A DNA stretch of 61,987 bases, taken from the IMG/VR virus record IMGVR_UViG_3300035494_000045, positions 1 through 61,987 of that record, one strand, 5' to 3'. Numbering within the stretch: the stretch's first letter is position 1; each line of letters starts with the position of its first letter. This document shows positions 37,998-47,040 of this stretch, one piece after another. Position numbers and translations under genes: made by a program. The notes below the pieces were generated by a model that saw only the letters and a list, made by a program, of their open reading frames with translations, was not told the origin of the DNA and searched no databases. Source of the DNA: a virus (Duplodnaviria > Caudoviricetes).

Positions 37998-38295
37998 ACT
38001 TAAACACTTTCTTGTTTGGTTTATTTGTGCTCAGTCTATGAGTTGATGACTTAATGTTCTTCTTATTGACCATTACTGGTGGATTCATTGGGTAATGACC
38101 AAAATAGAGAGCCTTATAGACACTAAACCTCATATGTGAGAAATACATCTTATATAGAATGACAGCCAGTGAAAGTTCTGGGTCATCATTCTGAGACATA
38201 TCGAAAACTGTTACGTGCTTGGTTGAGACATAATCAATAACCCCAATGTATGTATAGTTTTCTGTCTCAATCACATCCAACAAATTATCTTGCAC
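37981..38295 (-). CDS. hypothetical protein on the opposite strand
   Basis: AAGGA SD; late-promoter-like CATAAATA at 38333-38340 (minus strand). Confidence 0.65.
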   Translation of the reverse strand: MQDNLLDVIETENYTYIGVIDYVSTKHVTVFDMSQNDDPELSLAVILYKMYFSHMRFSVYKALYFGHYPMNPPVMVNKKNIKSSTHRLSTNKPNKKVFKFTNKS

Positions 38296-38352
38296 TTCTT
38301 ATCCTTTTTTATTATAATCTTCTATATGTCAGTATTTATGGGAGGAAATGAT

Positions 38353-38871
38353 ATGAATGTGGAGGAGAAAGCTCGTAACTTATTCAGAATCATGCATGAT
38401 AATAATTTAACCCATTGGATGAGTGAGAGTGAGTTCAACGATGCATGCTACTCAATATCAACGGATAATTTTGTGAATGTTAGTACGAGACCGAAAGAGG
38501 AGGGCAAATACTTTAGGCTCAGAACATTATCTCCCACAGTACGCACAATTGGAGAAGCAGAACATGCCCTTGTGTATGGTAATTGTCACTACAATTTACT
38601 GAGAGAGTTCGTCGGGAGAGATTCTGGATATTATGTTAGACTTGATTGGTTATCGGATGTTCACGAAGGTGCAATTTTCATGAGCCTTGATATTGTCTGT
38701 GGAATTATCTTCAATGGAACACCAGAAAGAGTTTGGCATTGGCACAAAAAAGTTTCAAACACCCAAGAATGGAGATTTAGAAACAGTATATTGAAGTATG
38801 CTATACTAAAGGCTAGAGAATCAATCAAGAGTGGTGAGTTTGAAACATTGTTAATGATGGAAGTATTGTGA
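38353..38871 (+). CDS. MEEL-tail family protein (..TLLMMEVL)
   Basis: GGAGG SD; C-terminal motif. Confidence 0.65.
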   Translation: MNVEEKARNLFRIMHDNNLTHWMSESEFNDACYSISTDNFVNVSTRPKEEGKYFRLRTLSPTVRTIGEAEHALVYGNCHYNLLREFVGRDSGYYVRLDWLSDVHEGAIFMSLDIVCGIIFNGTPERVWHWHKKVSNTQEWRFRNSILKYAILKARESIKSGEFETLLMMEVL

Positions 38872-39197
38872 TAAGAACTATGAGAACTGTCATATCATTA
38901 TATGATTCAAAAATAGATGGTTTGAGACAAATCGATGCCTTTGTTTGGTTAAGAAAATTCAAACTGGTCAATGAGAAAGATAAGCCAATCATTGAACGCA
39001 ATCTGGGTAATAGTCTAAAGCTTCCTTATTTGACCGATGATACCGTATACACCCTATACAAGTCATTAAATGGTGACTACAAAATCATACCACACCATGC
39101 CTTAATAGAAATGGGAATCGATGTGGTTGAGTTTGCAAACCTTGTGAGGGGTGGTGAAATTGATGTGGACATTGCTATTAATATGTTGAGGTTATGA
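38868..39197 (+). CDS. small protein, weak MEEL-tail (..IAINMLRL)
   Basis: GTGA overlap. Confidence 0.55.
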   Translation: MIRTMRTVISLYDSKIDGLRQIDAFVWLRKFKLVNEKDKPIIERNLGNSLKLPYLTDDTVYTLYKSLNGDYKIIPHHALIEMGIDVVEFANLVRGGEIDVDIAINMLRL

Positions 39198-39322
39198 ATA
39201 TGAGTGAATATACAGAAGATGTTGCTTACATGGAGCAACAAACAGAATCATATCAATACGATTATGGATAATTCTCATCAAAAATATATTCACACCTAGA
39301 TAGCATTTGCGATGGAGTTCGC

Positions 39323-39502
39323 ATGAAATGTGGAGAGAAATACGACTTTGACTATATAATAAATGAGTTTGAAAAGTTCAAAGAAATAAAAGAATCTCGT
39401 GGGAGTGATGGTGATAGGTTGGAAATCCTCCAAGAATTTATTGACATTGTTGAGGAATGCAAATATGATATTGACACTGCAATGTTGATGGAGGAATTGT
39501 GA
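39323..39502 (+). CDS. 59-aa MEEL-tail family protein (..TAMLMEEL), absent from ORF track
   Basis: GGAG SD; MKCGEKYDF...DIDTAMLMEEL. Confidence 0.6.
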   Translation: MKCGEKYDFDYIINEFEKFKEIKESRGSDGDRLEILQEFIDIVEECKYDIDTAMLMEEL

Positions 39503-39724
39503 GTGGATAATATTACGTTCGAGGTCGAGAAGATGCAATTCTATGATGAATATCGTCCAGTTGTGATTGTTATGAATAATGGTAGGAATTGGTTCAGAGC
39601 AATAAAATATGGCGATGGGGAGGTAAGTCGATATTTTGAGGATGAATACTATAAACCATTTGACAAAGATCCAGAAGATTTCTATGATACTATTAAAGAT
39701 TTGTTTATGATGGAGGAGATATGA
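39503..39724 (+). CDS. small protein, MEEL-tail family (..DLFMMEEI)
   Basis: C-terminal motif. Confidence 0.65.
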   Translation: MDNITFEVEKMQFYDEYRPVVIVMNNGRNWFRAIKYGDGEVSRYFEDEYYKPFDKDPEDFYDTIKDLFMMEEI

Positions 39725-40014
39725 TACTAGAAGTAATACAAATAAGAATAATCCGCACCAATGTCGTGGTAGGATATAGAATCGTATCGATGCCAACAAA
39801 ATCAGGGAGAACTACGATAGAGGAGAGCGAGAAGGTTGTTGAGGAGAGACCACTTGCAATCATAACCATTATTGGTTATGATTAAGTAAAGGTGTATTTG
39901 GATGAAGGAAAAATCAAAGTATATGCCAAAGACCCAAACTATGAACCTTCACCAATGTTCCATGATTCGATATTTGAGAGAGCGATGGACTATCTTATGA
40001 TGGAGGAAATATGA
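39721..40014 (+). pseudogene. MEEL-tail family gene with in-frame TAA at 39883-39885
   Basis: MILEVIQ...IGYD*VKVYL...DYLMMEEI* in one frame; ATGA overlaps at both ends. Confidence 0.7.
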
Positions 40015-40301
40015 CAACCCAAGAGCTATGCGAAACGGGAATAATAACATTCAGAACTATGCGTATAATGGAGTCTTCGGTATTCCATCCATCTGGTGGT
40101 GTAGGAGGACAGATGATGTCAACATCTGACGAGTTAATCCCTTTTGTAGAAGTGAATTATAAAGGAACAACATTGGTAACTTTCTTTTTTTGTGACAATA
40201 CAATGCAAATGGCTACGAGCATCATTCTTGTGCCAACCGAACTAAACATGGAAGAGATTTCCGATATGGCTCGTGATATACTGATGATGGAAGAAATTTA
40301 A
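40011..40301 (+). CDS. small protein, MEEL-tail family (..DILMMEEI)
   Basis: C-terminal motif. Confidence 0.65.
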   Translation: MTTQELCETGIITFRTMRIMESSVFHPSGGVGGQMMSTSDELIPFVEVNYKGTTLVTFFFCDNTMQMATSIILVPTELNMEEISDMARDILMMEEI

Positions 40302-40314
40302 AAGAGGAACATAA

Positions 40315-41271
40315 GTGAGCATCTTATCAAAACTATTTGAACAACTGAAGCAAGACATTGTGGTTAAGGCAAACTTAGGCTCAAGGGAGAACACTGGGTT
40401 TCATGCCATTCATTGCCCAATCTGCAATAAGACTGATAGAAAGACAGGTGGATTCAAGTTTGAAGATGATAAGATTGTATATCACTGCTTCAGGGGGTCT
40501 TGCGATGCATCCACAGTCTATGAGTTAGGTTCACCAATATTCAGAAAGTTCAAAAGACTCATGGAAGTTCTTGGTGTAACCATCCCTGTTGAGCTTAGAA
40601 TGGTTAAGTCATCCTTTCAGAAGAAGCTAGAAACACTTGATGAGAATCTTTATAAGAAACATTACTATAAGGATATTGAACCACTGGAAGGCTTTGTTCC
40701 ATTCAATAAAGGCACTGACCACTATCAAGAATATTGGAAAGAATACTTCACCAAACGAAGAACAGACTTCGATGATGTCCTGATTGGCAATTATGGCAAA
40801 TATAAGGGGTGCTGTGCCATCGAAATGAAGTTCTATGACAAAACCATAGGCTATCAGATTATAACGCAACGTGGTGACTATATAAAGCAATTTGGTGGTA
40901 ATACCAATTTGGTGTATATTCCAGAGCAAACCATATCAGAATTGGTTATATTGGTTGAGGGGTCATTTGATGCCAAATGCTTTCCAAACACAGTAGCCAT
41001 CATGCAAAGTAAAATAACACCAGAGCAAGCCTACCACTTAAGAGGAAAAGATGTTATAATGCTTCCTGATATGGATAATGGCAACCATTTTATTGAACAG
41101 TTTAAGGACTATGGGTGGAAAATATCCATTCCTGATTGGGGAGATTGTAAAGACCTTAATGAAGCTGTCATTAAATATGGTCTCGTTGTGGTTGCCGAAA
41201 TGATTATGGAGGGTATATGCACCGATAAGAAAAAGGCACAACTGCTGTTCAATATGAGAAGACGTTCATGA
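40315..41271 (+). CDS. DNA primase (gp61-like)
   Basis: Zn ribbon CPIC...YHCF...C; Toprim VEG.FDA, PD.D, KD.NEA. Confidence 0.85.
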   Translation: MSILSKLFEQLKQDIVVKANLGSRENTGFHAIHCPICNKTDRKTGGFKFEDDKIVYHCFRGSCDASTVYELGSPIFRKFKRLMEVLGVTIPVELRMVKSSFQKKLETLDENLYKKHYYKDIEPLEGFVPFNKGTDHYQEYWKEYFTKRRTDFDDVLIGNYGKYKGCCAIEMKFYDKTIGYQIITQRGDYIKQFGGNTNLVYIPEQTISELVILVEGSFDAKCFPNTVAIMQSKITPEQAYHLRGKDVIMLPDMDNGNHFIEQFKDYGWKISIPDWGDCKDLNEAVIKYGLVVVAEMIMEGICTDKKKAQLLFNMRRRS

Positions 41272-41516
41272 AAGGTGAGATTGTTGGGATTATAAAAGAA
41301 TGCTACATGGATACACTGCATAAAATCCAACCAAGAAGACACATTCATATCCTAGACTTAGCTGTAAAGTGTACAAAGGCTAAAATTCCGAGAGGTGATA
41401 TGATTGCTGAGTTGGATAGGATTGGACTAAGTGTTAATAGTGGTGGTTTAATACAACTACCTGAAGTGTTGTGTAATGAAGTACACGAAACATATATGAT
41501 GTTAGAGGAGATATAA
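41268..41516 (+). CDS. small protein, MEEL-tail family (..TYMMLEEI)
   Basis: Inserted between primase and helicase. Confidence 0.6.
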   Translation: MKGEIVGIIKECYMDTLHKIQPRRHIHILDLAVKCTKAKIPRGDMIAELDRIGLSVNSGGLIQLPEVLCNEVHETYMMLEEI

Positions 41517-41519
41517 AGA

Positions 41520-42866
41520 TTGAGCGAAGAAATCATTGATAAAAAACAAAAACTACTGATTGAATACTTGGTATCATCTCCTGAGATTTTTTCCAAGTGC
41601 TACTCAATCACAAAGCCAGAATATTTTGATGAGCCACTTGACAGGGTGGTTGACTTCATTTTAACATATTTCACCAAGCATGGTGGTCTTCCAAAGTTTG
41701 ATGTGATTGATGCCGAAGTTGGTGTCTTTCTTAAACAACAAACCTTAGACCTACCATCTGATGTTGATTATTTCTTAGAAGAATACGAAGCATTCTGCCG
41801 TGATTCTGCTATGGCTAAGGCAATCTTGGAATCGGTTGATTTGGTGCATTCTGGTGAATCTCATAAGGTTGAAGCATTGGTAAGACAAGCAATGCTAGTG
41901 AAACTCGATAAACACTTGGGGATTAGTTTGTTTGAAGACCCAGAGGGGCGAATCAACCGAATGGATGAGAGAGTTGTTAGTTATTCGACTGGTATCAAAG
42001 CAATCGATGATATGATTGGTCATGTTCGTAAGGGTGAGTTCCATATGATTTATGCACCATCATCTGGTGGTAAGTCACTTGCTCTTGCTAATATGGCGAT
42101 TGCTTTTGCTAAACAGAAGTTGGATGTTGCCATCATCACACTAGAACTTGCCGAAGATTTATACGCAAAGCGCATGGATGCGATGCTAACTGGTGAAGAT
42201 ATTAGTCAACATAAGAAATTGGCTAAGGTTATTGCTGATAAGATTGCAAAAGAACAAGAAGAGATGGCAGACATCACAATCAAATCAATGTTTGGTGGCA
42301 CAACACCTTCACAAATTCGTGCATATTTGTTAGAATATTCATTGGAGAAGGGGAAGTATCCAGATGTTCTTATGGTTGACTATCTAGGTATTATGGGAAC
42401 TGACTTAACAAATTCGCAGAACAAGTTTGACCAAGACGATGAAAAATCTCAACAACTTCGCAGAATGGCACAAGAATTTGATATGATTACATACTCTGCT
42501 GGTCAGATTAACCGCGAAGGTGTTGATGTTGTAGCTGTTAGTGCGGCTCACGTAGCTGGAGGCATCTCGGTCATTAACAATAGTGACAGTAGTATCGCAT
42601 TAGTCGCATCAGAGCAAGACATTGATAATAATCAGGTACAGGCTAAACAGTTAAAGATTCGTAATGCTCAGAAGTTCTCTAAACCAATCATCTTGTATAG
42701 ATGCCCTAGAACATTACGATTTAGTGACCAGCCCAATGTAAAAACAACAAATATGAGTAAGCCTTCTTATGTAAAAGGGAAAAATGATTCAGATAATGAT
42801 TCAACACCACCTCCACAAGAGGATAAAAAGAAGGCAAAACTCAAGAAAGCACTAGGCAGGAGATAG
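41520..42866 (+). CDS. replicative DnaB/gp41-like helicase
   Basis: STG...ID, APSSGGKS, ITLEL.E, VDYL, Q.NR, K.R. Confidence 0.9.
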   Translation: MSEEIIDKKQKLLIEYLVSSPEIFSKCYSITKPEYFDEPLDRVVDFILTYFTKHGGLPKFDVIDAEVGVFLKQQTLDLPSDVDYFLEEYEAFCRDSAMAKAILESVDLVHSGESHKVEALVRQAMLVKLDKHLGISLFEDPEGRINRMDERVVSYSTGIKAIDDMIGHVRKGEFHMIYAPSSGGKSLALANMAIAFAKQKLDVAIITLELAEDLYAKRMDAMLTGEDISQHKKLAKVIADKIAKEQEEMADITIKSMFGGTTPSQIRAYLLEYSLEKGKYPDVLMVDYLGIMGTDLTNSQNKFDQDDEKSQQLRRMAQEFDMITYSAGQINREGVDVVAVSAAHVAGGISVINNSDSSIALVASEQDIDNNQVQAKQLKIRNAQKFSKPIILYRCPRTLRFSDQPNVKTTNMSKPSYVKGKNDSDNDSTPPPQEDKKKAKLKKALGRR

Positions 42867-42926
42867 TTTATGTGTTATAATATTTTTGATTCATTCTTAA
42901 CCATGTAAAATAGGAGGTATAAATAA

Positions 42927-43661
42927 GTGGACATTAAGATTATTAAAGCCTTACTAACAGAGCTTAGTTCTGTTGGTATCAGTCAAATCATCATTGACCC
43001 GACTGAGGATGGCACACTATTCAGAGGAACCAATGATGACCGTACATTGATTCTTTTTGATGAGGTTGGGGAAAAGCTCACTGATATGTCTATGGGTATT
43101 AAGAGTGTTAATGCTCTTCTATCCCGCATCAATCTTTTTGATGAAGAAAAGGCAAAGATTGAGTTGATTCCTGATAACGATGGTAACTGTCGTGACTTTA
43201 TTGTTAAGCAGGGGCGTAAGCGCGTATCATATCGATGCCACGAACCGTCAACTGATTACATTCAAGCACCTAAGACACTCCCAGGTGATTTCTCAATCAC
43301 TGAAGAGAACACCATCAAATTTGATAAGGCTTATGTGTCTTATCTAAGCAATGCCATTAGTGCAATGGCATATACGGGTGATAAGGAAGAACGTACCATT
43401 AAGATTTCTGTCGATGCTGGAAACCTTTCGGTTAATATTTTCGATGGAAGTGATGATTCGTTCACGGATGTGATTGAGGGTATGGATGATTCACTAAGCT
43501 TAGAAGGTCTATTCGATGTAGCACCATTCAGTCGTGTGATGAAACAATCTGTTGCATCCGAGTCGAATGATGGGTATGCGGTGTTCACCATTTCCGAACA
43601 AGGTGTTGGTGTGTTCAGATTGGAGTATATGGACATTCTGGTTCATCCTACAGTTAGTTAA
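42927..43661 (+). CDS. probable sliding clamp (gp45/PCNA-like)
   Basis: 244-aa acidic alpha/beta protein between helicase and SSB; call rests on size and position. Confidence 0.45.
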   Translation: MDIKIIKALLTELSSVGISQIIIDPTEDGTLFRGTNDDRTLILFDEVGEKLTDMSMGIKSVNALLSRINLFDEEKAKIELIPDNDGNCRDFIVKQGRKRVSYRCHEPSTDYIQAPKTLPGDFSITEENTIKFDKAYVSYLSNAISAMAYTGDKEERTIKISVDAGNLSVNIFDGSDDSFTDVIEGMDDSLSLEGLFDVAPFSRVMKQSVASESNDGYAVFTISEQGVGVFRLEYMDILVHPTVS

Positions 43662-43724
43662 TTCATTTGTTAATTCAAAGTGTTAATTCGTTTGTTAATT
43701 CTATTATGAGAGAGGTATAAAAAT

Positions 43725-44762
43725 ATGTCTAAGTTACTAAACAAGTTGAAATCAAAGAAATCATTGGTTGAACAAGTCAAAAAAGAACAATCAGGTGGTC
43801 ATGAGAAAGATAAACGCTATCTAAACTTCTATGACCTTAAAGATGGTGAACACATGAAGGTTCTACTTGTTCCTGATGTCAATGGTGATTTGTGGGTCAA
43901 CTTCCGCAAACATGGTCCTAATCTGACCTACAAAGATGCAACGGGTAAAACCCAAAACGTGAAAGGTATTGGCACAATCGGTGCTTATCCAAACAATGAA
44001 GACTCACCAATCATGCAGAAAGGTTATGATTTGTTGAGCCTTAATAAAGAGACTGGTGATAAGTTCTACTTAGACGAAGCTAAGAAGTGGTTCCCTAAAG
44101 AATACACAGTGATGTCTTGTGTTGTGATTGAATCACCAATGGAAATCAACCAATCACCTGATGGTAATGATGTGAAGCTGTTCAATGTTCCTTACAAAAT
44201 CAAGGAATATATCATGAACCAGATTGCTGAAGAAGTCATCCCAGAAGATGAGATTTTCATCACTCCATTTGTGATTAAGAAAAGCAAGAATTCTGGTGGG
44301 TGGGCAACGTATGAGAACTCTTACTTTGCACGTAACACCCTGACTGATGATGAGCTTCAAACATTGGAAGAAGACTTCCAGATTGATTTGTTCGACTATT
44401 CAAATATCGACATCGTTCCAAAAGAACCAACCATTGAAGAGTTGGAAGAATGGTTGGCTAAGGCTGAGAAGGCATATGCCAAAGTGACTGGTGGTACTAC
44501 ACCTTCAAATGATGAACCAGAAGAAGAGGAGGAAGAAGAAACACCTCCACGTCGTACTGGAACTTCTTTGAAAGACCGTATTGGTAAGAAGAAACCAGCA
44601 CCTCAACCAGAACCAGAAGAAGAGGAAGATGACATCCCTTTTGAACAAGACGATTCGGAAGAGGAAGGTTCTGAACCTGAATCGTCAGAACCAGAAGAAG
44701 AGGAAGCCCCATCTAAACCATCAGGTCTTTCAGACCGATTGGCAAAACTTCGCAAAAAATAA
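43725..44762 (+). CDS. single-stranded DNA-binding protein (gp32-like)
   Basis: gp32-like core (KK...G.A.Y..S.F), long acidic tail, D.IPF. Confidence 0.75.
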   Translation: MSKLLNKLKSKKSLVEQVKKEQSGGHEKDKRYLNFYDLKDGEHMKVLLVPDVNGDLWVNFRKHGPNLTYKDATGKTQNVKGIGTIGAYPNNEDSPIMQKGYDLLSLNKETGDKFYLDEAKKWFPKEYTVMSCVVIESPMEINQSPDGNDVKLFNVPYKIKEYIMNQIAEEVIPEDEIFITPFVIKKSKNSGGWATYENSYFARNTLTDDELQTLEEDFQIDLFDYSNIDIVPKEPTIEELEEWLAKAEKAYAKVTGGTTPSNDEPEEEEEEETPPRRTGTSLKDRIGKKKPAPQPEPEEEEDDIPFEQDDSEEEGSEPESSEPEEEEAPSKPSGLSDRLAKLRKK

Positions 44763-44785
44763 GACAGCTTAGATTGTCCTTAATT

Positions 44786-44808
44786 AGCCCCTTAATTGGG
44801 GCTTTTTT
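44786..44808 (+). terminator. rho-independent terminator
   Basis: AGCCCC-ttaatt-GGGGCT plus T run. Confidence 0.8.
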
Positions 44809-44862
44809 GTTTCTGAAAATCGAATAAATATATCTATAAAATAAATTCAAAAAGGAACTGGT

Positions 44863-45276
44863 GTGTTAAGAGAATCAATCAGACAAATCATTTTAAAAGA
44901 AAGAGCAAGCCCAATGGAAGTGAAGCAAGCCATTCGGGAAATGGAAATGTATGCTAAATCCAAGGGTGTATATCTTGAGCTTTACCTTAACAAAAACTTC
45001 CTTATGATTGGTTATATTAAAAGAGAAAGTGGCAATAAAGGTGTTGGTGCTGAAGTCTTAAAATATATCAAGTCAATCGCTATGGCTGTTGATGTTCCAC
45101 TTGGTCTTGATGTGGATGCACCAGGTTTAGATTCAACCACACAAGATAGACTAATCAATTACTACAGACAACAAGGATTTGAGTTTAATCATCAGGAGTT
45201 TAAGAGAGACCCAGACTTAGGTGTATATATGACATCTGGTATGGAAAGAAAACCAATGATGTATTGGATACCATAG
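44863..45276 (+). CDS. GNAT-fold-like hypothetical protein
   Basis: KGVGAEVL and L..YY...GF motifs. Confidence 0.5.
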   Translation: MLRESIRQIILKERASPMEVKQAIREMEMYAKSKGVYLELYLNKNFLMIGYIKRESGNKGVGAEVLKYIKSIAMAVDVPLGLDVDAPGLDSTTQDRLINYYRQQGFEFNHQEFKRDPDLGVYMTSGMERKPMMYWIP

Positions 45277-45291
45277 GGCTAGACTAAAAAG

Positions 45292-45735
45292 ATGGCTAGA
45301 AACTACCGTCAAGGCTATTTTGAGCCACAATATCCAGAGAAGTGCCTCAACAGCGGAAAGATAACATATCGTTCTAGCTGGGAGCTGGCATTTATGAAAT
45401 GGGCTGATAGAAACCCCAATATTATCAAGTGGGGTTCAGAAGTCCTCCAAATTCCATATGAATCATCTGTTAAGGGAAGAATGGCTAGATATTATCCAGA
45501 TATTCTAATGACATATGTTGATAAGACTGGTAAAGAGAAGACGGTTGTTATTGAGATTAAACCATCCCACGAAACCAATAAGCCCAAGAAGGGTAGAAAC
45601 ATGAAGCAGTCAACATATGACCAACAGTTGTTGACCTTCATTACGAATCAAGAGAAATGGGTAACGGCACAGAAGTATGCGAAAGAAAGAGGATGGGAGT
45701 TCCGCATCCTCACTGAAAATGAAATGTTTCGTTAA
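45292..45735 (+). CDS. head completion nuclease (T4 gp4-like, TnsA-N fold)
   Basis: YRSSWE..FM.W.D.NP, W.SE..IPY, YYPD, EIKP, N..KW. Confidence 0.88.
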   Translation: MARNYRQGYFEPQYPEKCLNSGKITYRSSWELAFMKWADRNPNIIKWGSEVLQIPYESSVKGRMARYYPDILMTYVDKTGKEKTVVIEIKPSHETNKPKKGRNMKQSTYDQQLLTFITNQEKWVTAQKYAKERGWEFRILTENEMFR

Positions 45736-46292
45736 AGACTGCTCTTCATTTCGATATATTCATCGAAAATCTTATAATCAATGTTGTCATAGGCAAATGT
45801 TGCCGTAATCATAACCTCTGAATCATCATCAATGTTCATTGAATCATGGTTCAGTTCTGTTAAGAAACATCTTTTTAAAATAAAAGATTCAATGACCTTA
45901 TCTTCTGGATTCATCAAATCAACTTTAATATCAAACTTATAGTCTCTTGTATCTGGTGATGTATCAGCAGGTGTCCCCATCACATCAGTATGATGGTTTA
46001 GCTGTCTCATCACTTGTGCATATAGGATTGAACTGACAATCGCACCCTCATCATCCCAGAATGTAATCGAGACTGGATTGAATCTAACAAACCCTTTCTC
46101 TTTGTATTGATTCCCTCTTCTAAGCACTTCACTTTCTTCAAATCGAACTTCAGGTCTGTTGACTGTTCTAACTTGTCTTCCTAGGACATTAGAGACGTTC
46201 TCAGGCAATCCTAAGAATTGTACATAGAAAGTATCCCCTAAACGATTTCGTGTTGACCTAGTGGCATAGGATTTCGCTAATTCATTAATCAT
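45732..46292 (-). CDS. tail tube-like protein (gp19 family)
   Basis: V.RP...F, P.SITF.DD, L..CF...L, ITATF.YD. Confidence 0.7.
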   Translation of the reverse strand: MINELAKSYATRSTRNRLGDTFYVQFLGLPENVSNVLGRQVRTVNRPEVRFEESEVLRRGNQYKEKGFVRFNPVSITFWDDEGAIVSSILYAQVMRQLNHHTDVMGTPADTSPDTRDYKFDIKVDLMNPEDKVIESFILKRCFLTELNHDSMNIDDDSEVMITATFAYDNIDYKIFDEYIEMKSSL

Positions 46293-46966
46293 TCTATAAC
46301 ATCCTCAACGATTGATTCATCGTTATTATCATCAATGACATTGGTATGGATTTGTCTAATGATGGTGTCTTGTAAGTCGTGTGGGTAGTTCAATCGAACT
46401 GGAACTGAGAAAGTCATACCAAGTTGGATGATTCTTTTCTCTGCACCCATTGGATATTGAATCTCATTTTGAATTGACTCAAGCATAACCTCAGTTAGAT
46501 AGTTACCACTAGATGCATTGGTGTCCACCTTGATTGTGATTCTAGGATTGAATATCAAAAGAATCTGCTCAACAATATTAAACAATTCAACGGTAGAACT
46601 AGCATAGATGGATAGTTCCATATCCATAATGAAAGCTGGAGCAATCAAGCGATTGGAAACTTTTCTTGTCGAAGTGTCTGGGTCAGCAATGTTCGGTACA
46701 CTATCAATATGATGTTTTGGTCTTCTACCAGTGGTGTCCATATTAATACCAGTCATATTAACAGCCATGATGGGTAGTCTATTGTTTTGGTGAACATCAT
46801 TCTTTGATAAGATACCAGCCACAATTCTGTCCATGCTTCCATATACGACTGGGATTCTTTTTATGACACCATCACCAGAATCATACTGGAATCCTTTGAA
46901 GATTCTAGCGAACTGCGATATGTACTTCTCAAACTGTTTACTTTCTCTGTACGGATAGAGTTCCAT
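46289..46966 (-). CDS. tail sheath stabilizer/terminator (gp15-like)
   Basis: F..IF, IPV.YG, LP.M, EQIL..FNP. Confidence 0.8.
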   Translation of the reverse strand: MELYPYRESKQFEKYISQFARIFKGFQYDSGDGVIKRIPVVYGSMDRIVAGILSKNDVHQNNRLPIMAVNMTGINMDTTGRRPKHHIDSVPNIADPDTSTRKVSNRLIAPAFIMDMELSIYASSTVELFNIVEQILLIFNPRITIKVDTNASSGNYLTEVMLESIQNEIQYPMGAEKRIIQLGMTFSVPVRLNYPHDLQDTIIRQIHTNVIDDNNDESIVEDVIE

Positions 46967-46999
46967 TGTGATATAATCTCTTCTATTTTGCCTATATTG

Positions 47000-47013
47000 G
47001 TATTTATAAATAC
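47000..47013. promoter_or_regulatory. palindromic bidirectional late promoter
   Basis: GTATTTATAAATAC gives TATAAATA on both strands between divergent structural genes. Confidence 0.65.
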
Positions 47014-47040
47014 TACAAGTAAAGAGGACAAGTACATTTT

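Noticed and set aside
44500-44720. GAAGAA-type repeats in the SSB gene
   Set aside because: Codon consequence of the acidic disordered tail, not a DNA repeat element.
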